A stretch of DNA of 20,000 nt from an uncultured virus (IMG/VR IMGVR_UViG_3300037234_000698) (lineage: Duplodnaviria > Heunggongvirae > Uroviricota > Caudoviricetes). Positions 15,277 to 20,000 of this stretch are shown here, piece after piece. Position numbers and translations under genes: made by a program. The notes below the pieces were generated by a model. It ran no database searches, was not told where the DNA came from, and worked only from the letters and a program-made list of their open reading frames with translations. The stretch is taken from the IMG/VR virus record IMGVR_UViG_3300037234_000698; one strand, written 5' to 3'. Position 1 is the first letter of the stretch. Each line of letters opens with the position of its first letter.

Positions 15277-16135
15277 GGACTGGGTCAAGCTGTACACCAG
15301 AGACACGGCCGACCTCCTGGCCATCGGGCCGGAAGGGCGACTCGTCTGGTACGAGATGCTCCGCAAGGTCGACCGCGCTGGAGTGATCGACACCGCCGGC
15401 GACCTGGAGATCCTTCCCGAGCTCTTGCGGGTGCCGATCCCCATGTTCGAAGTCGGCTGGGCGCGCATCGTGGCGCGCAACATGGTGGAGATCAGGCCCA
15501 CGGCGATCCTCATCCCCAACTTCGATGACGCCCAGCGCTCGCGGCAGTCCGACGCCCAGCGCCAGAAGGCCAGCCGGGAGCGTCGACGCGCACGGGTTCG
15601 AGCGCAAGAATTGCAGGCCGGCACACCATCCGTCACGAATTGTGACGAGTCAGAGTCACAAAACGTGACCGGAGCGTCACAGTCAGTCACGAGTAGAGTA
15701 GAGAGAGTAGAGAGATTAGATGTGAGTAGAGAGGATCCTCATCCGCGGCACCCGGGCGAGCAGGTAAAAGGCGATGACCCCAACGCGGACGAAGACACAC
15801 CGCCCACCCCCAGCGAGCACCTGAATGGCTACGACCTGGAAGCGGTGTACGCCCTCTACCCTCGGAAGGCAGGAAAGGCCAAGGGCCTGCAGAAGCTGGA
15901 GGAGAGGTCGCATCAAAAGGGCTTCGACTACGACCGGATCCTGGCGGCCGTCCGCTCGATGGCCGAGACGTGGAAGGGCAAATCCACGACGTTCTGCCCT
16001 CACTTCTCGACGTTCGTAAACGGCCAGCGGTGGCTCGATGACGAGCTACCGCAGCCCGATCAGGACAACCGGCGCGGGTATGCCGATCCCAGCACCGACG
16101 AAGAGCTCGAGGCCAGTCAGGAGATTGCGTTTTGA
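15260..16135 (+). CDS. Phage replication initiator (lambda O/replisome-organiser-like)
   Basis: N-terminal WVKLY; central repeat-encoded linker; C-terminal YPRKAGKAK...HFSTFVNGQRWLD; followed by a DnaC-like ATPase. Confidence 0.8.
   Translation: MDWENEDWVKLYTRDTADLLAIGPEGRLVWYEMLRKVDRAGVIDTAGDLEILPELLRVPIPMFEVGWARIVARNMVEIRPTAILIPNFDDAQRSRQSDAQRQKASRERRRARVRAQELQAGTPSVTNCDESESQNVTGASQSVTSRVERVERLDVSREDPHPRHPGEQVKGDDPNADEDTPPTPSEHLNGYDLEAVYALYPRKAGKAKGLQKLEERSHQKGFDYDRILAAVRSMAETWKGKSTTFCPHFSTFVNGQRWLDDELPQPDQDNRRGYADPSTDEELEASQEIAF
15631..15733. repeat. Putative replication origin: GTCAC/GTGAC iterons plus a purine-rich tract
   Basis: CGTCAC-N5-GTGACG 15631-15647; GTCAC-N5-GTGAC 15655-15669; GTCAC at 15676 and 15686; then GAGTAGA-type repeats. 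Confidence 0.7.
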
Positions 16136-16881
16136 GCGAGCGGAAGCGCGAGGCGGTGGCGGTCGGCGACCTCGCCGAAGAGTGGCTGGCGGTCCAGAAG
16201 CGGACGCTGGAGATCCTACCCGAGGAGCCGGCCGTCGATGCGGCCGAGCAAGCGCGAAAGGAGGCCGAGGCCAAGATCGCCGAGCAGTCCGAGGAGAATC
16301 GCCGCCGGCTGATGCGAGCGGTCGACCGCCTGGGCGTCCCCCTTCGGCACGCCCAGCAGATCATGTTCGGGAAGGTCGAGGACAGCGAAGCGCTACAGGT
16401 GGTCGCGAAGTGGCGAAGCCTCAACAACCGCGGCGCGCTGCTCGTGCTCTGCGGCAACGTCGGCTGCGGTAAGACGCTGGCGGCGGCCAAGGCGGTGCTA
16501 GACGGCCCCCCGCTGGACCGCCTGGGCAAACCGTGGCCGGACAGGTACCACGCTCGCTTCCTCGACGTGGCCGATCTCCACGAGCTGGGGCTGTTCGACC
16601 GGAGCGGAATGTATGAGCCGCTTTTCAAGTGCTCGGTCCTGGTGATCGACGACGTCGGCACCGAGTACGACGACAAGTCCGGTGTGATGCGCGTGATCCT
16701 CGACCGCATCGTCAACAAGCGCTACGCCGGCGGCGGATGGACGGTGATCACGACCAACCTCGCCTCGGGCGCGTTCAGAGAGCGCTACGGCGAGCGAATT
16801 ATGAACCGGCTGCACGACGACGGGTGCGGCTTCCAACGGGTACAGGGACAGTACCGAGAAAGGACGACAGATGGACAATAA
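16132..16881 (+). CDS. DnaC/IstB-like AAA+ helicase loader
   Basis: Walker A GNVGCGKT, Walker B LVIDDVG, IVNKRY, TVITTN, YGERIMNRL. Confidence 0.9.
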   Translation: MSERKREAVAVGDLAEEWLAVQKRTLEILPEEPAVDAAEQARKEAEAKIAEQSEENRRRLMRAVDRLGVPLRHAQQIMFGKVEDSEALQVVAKWRSLNNRGALLVLCGNVGCGKTLAAAKAVLDGPPLDRLGKPWPDRYHARFLDVADLHELGLFDRSGMYEPLFKCSVLVIDDVGTEYDDKSGVMRVILDRIVNKRYAGGGWTVITTNLASGAFRERYGERIMNRLHDDGCGFQRVQGQYRERTTDGQ

Positions 16882-17539
16882 CGAACAAAACGAACTGGAT
16901 GAGCTAAAGGAGGAAACGCTGGCCAACTTCCGCCACGTTCACGAGCGACTCGACGCGCTTGAGAAGCTGGAGGTGGCGATCAACGGCGACACCGCCGGGA
17001 AGCAGCACTCCATCCGCGACAGCATCGCCAACCTCTGGGAGAAGGTCCGCGCCATCGAGGCGAGCCTGCACGGCGAGGACCACGACCAGCGGGCGCGCTG
17101 GGAGGAGCTCGACGCCCGTAGCGAGACGCCCAAGGATGTGGAGCGGCCGTCGGGCGAACCCACCGGGCTGATCCACGACGTGACCGAGATGGCCCTGCTC
17201 GTCGGCAACCTGACCGCCGACCTGGGCAAGAGCCACGAGCTAGTATCGGTGGTGCGCAAGCTGGAGGCGAAAGTCAACGTCCTGGGCGCCGGCAAGGACT
17301 GGGCGACTCGGGTGCAACTCGACGAGGCCATCGGCAAGCACGCCAAGGCGATGTCCCAGCGAATCGCCGACGTGAGCGCCGACGTGCGCGACAAGCTGAA
17401 GGGGATCTCGGCCGACGATCTGGCGACCGCCGTGCGCTGGGCCGCCAAGTACAAGCGCGAGGTCGAGATCAGGCTGGCTATGCCATCGCGCTTCGAGGCG
17501 CTGGTGTTCGGGCTGACCGGCCGGAACGGGAGGCGATGA
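16871..17539 (+). CDS. Coiled-coil hypothetical protein, 222 aa
   Basis: AAGGA RBS; helical heptad composition; overlaps both neighbours. Confidence 0.75.
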   Translation: MDNNEQNELDELKEETLANFRHVHERLDALEKLEVAINGDTAGKQHSIRDSIANLWEKVRAIEASLHGEDHDQRARWEELDARSETPKDVERPSGEPTGLIHDVTEMALLVGNLTADLGKSHELVSVVRKLEAKVNVLGAGKDWATRVQLDEAIGKHAKAMSQRIADVSADVRDKLKGISADDLATAVRWAAKYKREVEIRLAMPSRFEALVFGLTGRNGRR

Positions 17540-17760
17540 TGCCAGAGGGACGCACGGGACTGAAGCGAGAAGAGCTGGAGAAGGTGTGCGGCCAGCTCGC
17601 GCGCGAGGTGATCGTGCCCCTGGTGCCGCCAGGCGCCGGCTTCACCTTGCTGCTCTTCGACCTGGGAGCGAAGGGCAACATCGCCTACATGTCGAGCGCT
17701 AAGCGCGAGGACATGATCACCGCGCTCGAAGAGCTGATCACCACGCTCCAGGGAAATTGA
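17536..17760 (+). CDS. Hypothetical phage protein, 74 aa
   Basis: ATGA overlap with GGGAGG RBS; GFTLLLFD...YMSSAKREDMI.AL.E pattern seen in small phage proteins. Confidence 0.75.
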   Translation: MMPEGRTGLKREELEKVCGQLAREVIVPLVPPGAGFTLLLFDLGAKGNIAYMSSAKREDMITALEELITTLQGN

Positions 17761-17761
17761 C

Positions 17762-18325
17762 GTGACGCGCTGGACCTACGAGGAGGTCAGGCAACTCTAC
17801 AGGCGAGCCGAGGAAGCGGAGAAGCGGGCAGAGGAGGGCGAGGTAGAGCTCGCGCGAGCGAACGCCAGGATCAAAACGCTGCACTCCAAGTTCCGCTTCC
17901 CCGGCAACGAGGAGGATCACGAGCCCTTCGACAAGGGAGCCGCCGACGCGCTGGCCGCTGCGGCCGACGTGATGGTGCATCGCAAGCTGATCGACGCGCG
18001 GTCGCTCGTGGCCGATGCCAGGCTTGACTACGGCGAGCCCTGGTCCCACGAGGACGCCCTGGAGATCCTCGACGGCAAGCGGCAACCATCGGCGACGACC
18101 AGCGCGGCGCGCGACGCCTTCGATGCCATCGCCAAGGCCGTCGGTTGCCCCGAGTGGGACTACCCCGGCCAGCTGGTGCGCGACGTCGAGGCGCTGGCTA
18201 CGAAAGCGCAGAAGGTCGAGCGCTGGCTCAACCAGCTGACCGGCGCGTCCGTGGAGCACGCCGAGGGATATGAAGGCCCGTGCCTCTGCTCGGAGTGTCA
18301 CGGCCTAGCCGCGGAGGACGGATGA
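17762..18325 (+). CDS. Hypothetical protein, 187 aa, with C-terminal H...CxCxxC
   Basis: Operonic packing; coding-like codon usage. Confidence 0.7.
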   Translation: MTRWTYEEVRQLYRRAEEAEKRAEEGEVELARANARIKTLHSKFRFPGNEEDHEPFDKGAADALAAAADVMVHRKLIDARSLVADARLDYGEPWSHEDALEILDGKRQPSATTSAARDAFDAIAKAVGCPEWDYPGQLVRDVEALATKAQKVERWLNQLTGASVEHAEGYEGPCLCSECHGLAAEDG

Positions 18326-18918
18326 AGATCGAGTGTGAATGTGGCCGGCAGCAGACCGTCGTTCCGGCCAACATGGAGGGCGGCATCACCGAGCTCGAAG
18401 CGCAGTCCATCGGCTGGGAGGTAAACGAGGAAGGATGGCACTGCCCGTTCTGCACTGGCAAAACGGAAAAGCTGCGCGAGATATTCGCGGGGAGGCCGAG
18501 TCGGCCGCGGTCGATTGAGGAGCGCGCGGCAAAGGTCGCCGGGTACTGCCGCTGGCTTCGAGCCCACGGCCTCGACGAGAAGCAAAAACCGCGGACGGGA
18601 ATGAACGCCTTGATCGCCTGCTGGTGGGTGATCAACTGCCTCGGCGGGCTCTTCGACGACGAAGACGACTTCGACAAGCCCTACCAGATCACCGGCTGCG
18701 ACTGCCGGGCCTGCGAGGCTGAGCGCAAGAGGTGCCAGAGCGACTTGCACCACCCCGATCAGACGGTGAGCGAAACGATGGTGATGATCTGGTGTGACGA
18801 CAAGCTCGAAACGATCCGAGCATGTTTGAAGCACGGGAAGGGTCTTGACGACGCGGCCGTGGAGGACGTGATCAGGAGAGCGGCCGAGGCGTGTCGCGAA
18901 AGGGAACCGCGCGGGTGA
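18322..18918 (+). CDS. Cys-rich hypothetical protein
   Basis: ATGA overlap after GGAGG; CECG, CPFC and CDCRAC motifs. Confidence 0.7.
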   Translation: MKIECECGRQQTVVPANMEGGITELEAQSIGWEVNEEGWHCPFCTGKTEKLREIFAGRPSRPRSIEERAAKVAGYCRWLRAHGLDEKQKPRTGMNALIACWWVINCLGGLFDDEDDFDKPYQITGCDCRACEAERKRCQSDLHHPDQTVSETMVMIWCDDKLETIRACLKHGKGLDDAAVEDVIRRAAEACREREPRG

Positions 18919-19079
18919 GCAGCAGAGCGGAGAAGCGCCGGCGGGACTTCCGCCAGCGCCAGCTGAAACGCGAGGAGGCGATCCGCAAGAGGGAGAACTG
19001 GGAGTGCCGCTACTGCGGCGCGCCCGTTCCGGGGTGGAGCCCGATCTGCCTCTGCGGGCACGTCCGCGACAGCGAATAG
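18915..19079 (+). CDS. Small basic Zn-finger protein
   Basis: GTGA overlap; WECRYCG...CLCG. Confidence 0.6.
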   Translation: MSSRAEKRRRDFRQRQLKREEAIRKRENWECRYCGAPVPGWSPICLCGHVRDSE

Positions 19080-19086
19080 GAGCGAC

Positions 19087-19653
19087 ATGGGACACAAGCC
19101 GAGGAAGAAGCCGCAGGAGCGATTCCGCGTGGTGTGCGCCGATCCCCCCTGGCCGTATGACGACCGCGGGAGCCGGATGGCGCCGAGCTACGCGGGGCCG
19201 GGCCGGGCCAAGGCTCACTACCAGATCGAAACGGCCGCGACGATCAAGTCCATGGGCAAGCTGGTCAAGCTGCTGGCCGCCGAGGACAGCTTCCTGTTTC
19301 TCTGGGTGCCGAACGCCCTGGTCCCGCTCGGCCTGGAGGTCATGGCCGCCTGGGGATACGCCTACAAGACCATGATCACTTGGGTGAAAACGACCAAGGA
19401 TGGCAAGCCGAGGATCGGCGGCGGCCACTACACCCGGGGCTGCACCGAGCAGCTCCTGCTGGGCCGCGGCGGGCTCGCCAAGGTCCGCGCTCACAACGTC
19501 CCCAACGTGATCCTGGCGCCCAGGGGCCGGCACTCGGAGAAGCCAGACCAGAGCTACGACCTGATCGAGCGGCTCTGCAAAGGCCCCTACCTGGAGCTCT
19601 ACGCGCGCCGGCAGTACAGCGAGCTCTGGTCGGTCTGGGGGAATCAGCTGTAG
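19087..19653 (+). CDS. MT-A70-family N6-adenine methyltransferase
   Basis: ADPPW, FLFLWVPN, WGYAYKT.ITWVK, TEQLLLG, HSEKPD, YLELYAR. Confidence 0.92.
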   Translation: MGHKPRKKPQERFRVVCADPPWPYDDRGSRMAPSYAGPGRAKAHYQIETAATIKSMGKLVKLLAAEDSFLFLWVPNALVPLGLEVMAAWGYAYKTMITWVKTTKDGKPRIGGGHYTRGCTEQLLLGRGGLAKVRAHNVPNVILAPRGRHSEKPDQSYDLIERLCKGPYLELYARRQYSELWSVWGNQL

Positions 19654-19666
19654 GGCGTCAAGGTCG

Positions 19667-19696
19667 TTGACGACGGATCGGCTGGACCCCTATACT
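19667..19696 (+). promoter_or_regulatory. Sigma70-type promoter TTGACG-N18-TATACT
   Basis: Near-consensus hexamers in intergenic DNA ahead of the AGGAG RBS and ATG 19758. Confidence 0.7.
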
Positions 19697-19757
19697 TTCC
19701 AAGACCTACGGCGCTACTCTCCGGAGCGCGGGGCATTCAAACAGGAGAGAAGCGCCA

Positions 19758-20000
19758 ATGGCCACGAAGAAGGGGCTTGCTGCTAACCGGAAGCGGCGTC
19801 AGGCGAGGAAGAAAACATCCCTCGTTGCGAACCCGCCCATCCTCAAAGACCTAACCGGGTTCATTCTCCCGGGCTTCGGAGCCTACGCCGCGACGCGGCT
19901 GCTCTCGCGCATGATCTACTCGATGGTGCAGCGGAGGTGGCCCAAGTTTGGCAAGCACGCCGCGGCCCTGGGTGCCGTCGGCGCCTTCGGCGGTTCCTGG
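19758..20000 (+). CDS. Partial membrane protein with basic N-terminus (possible virion inner-membrane protein)
   Basis: MATKKGLAANRKRRQARKKTSLVANPPILKDLTGFILPGFGAYAATRLLSRMIYSMVQRRWPKFGKHAAALGAVGAFGGSW...; open to the window end. Confidence 0.75.
   Translation, partial: MATKKGLAANRKRRQARKKTSLVANPPILKDLTGFILPGFGAYAATRLLSRMIYSMVQRRWPKFGKHAAALGAVGAFGGSW

Noticed and set aside
16132..16881. IS21 IstB, implying an insertion sequence
   Set aside because: No IstA transposase or terminal inverted repeats; its position after a phage initiator indicates a DnaC-like loader.
18298..19533. 411-aa minus-strand ORF (also 15687-16718, 9020-9955, 2018-2746 and similar)
   Set aside because: Antisense shadows of well-supported plus-strand genes in high-GC DNA; Arg/Pro/Gly-rich with no motifs.
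19087..19653. Restriction-modification system
   Set aside because: No cognate endonuclease nearby; orphan MT-A70 methyltransferases are common in phages.
1..20000. NP dipeptide as a general cleavage or packaging signal in all late proteins
   Set aside because: NP also occurs in ParB, the spanin and other proteins and is too short to assess by eye; kept only where it is positionally aligned with the TM motif or flanks the GP88-like domain.

Overview
High-GC, gene-dense phage/prophage segment with no host housekeeping genes. From left to right: (1) 1-3171, small early/accessory genes (Zn-ribbon proteins, a DUF6927-like protein, a lone ParB); (2) 3210-11046, a late/lysis/virion block with holin, DUF6171-like protein, overlapping i-/o-spanin pair (implying a diderm host), J-domain protein, membrane-anchored lytic transglycosylase, beta-rich structural-looking proteins, GT2 glycosyltransferase, membrane-anchored M23 peptidase, GP88-like Cys-cluster protein and a CX5R phosphatase; (3) 10943-13859, a minus-strand block with a second M23 peptidase, a nucleotidyltransferase and a short tyrosine recombinase, whose upstream region is structure-rich (lox/dif-like palindrome, candidate sRNA, long hairpin); (4) 14983-19653, a lambdoid-style XRE HTH / initiator with internal ori / DnaC-like loader module and an MT-A70 methyltransferase; (5) a promoter and the start of a basic membrane protein. 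No terminase, portal, HK97 capsid or tail gene is recognisable in the window. Best observations: a shared transmembrane motif GFxA[WY][AG]A[YT]RLL in three unrelated proteins (possible virion-membrane sorting signal of a tailless, lipid-containing temperate phage); a repeated GCTANNNT promoter motif, two 18-bp copies of which are inverted repeats bracketing the recombinase; and a Cre/loxP-like recombinase plus site. All family calls come from motif recognition by eye, with no database searches.
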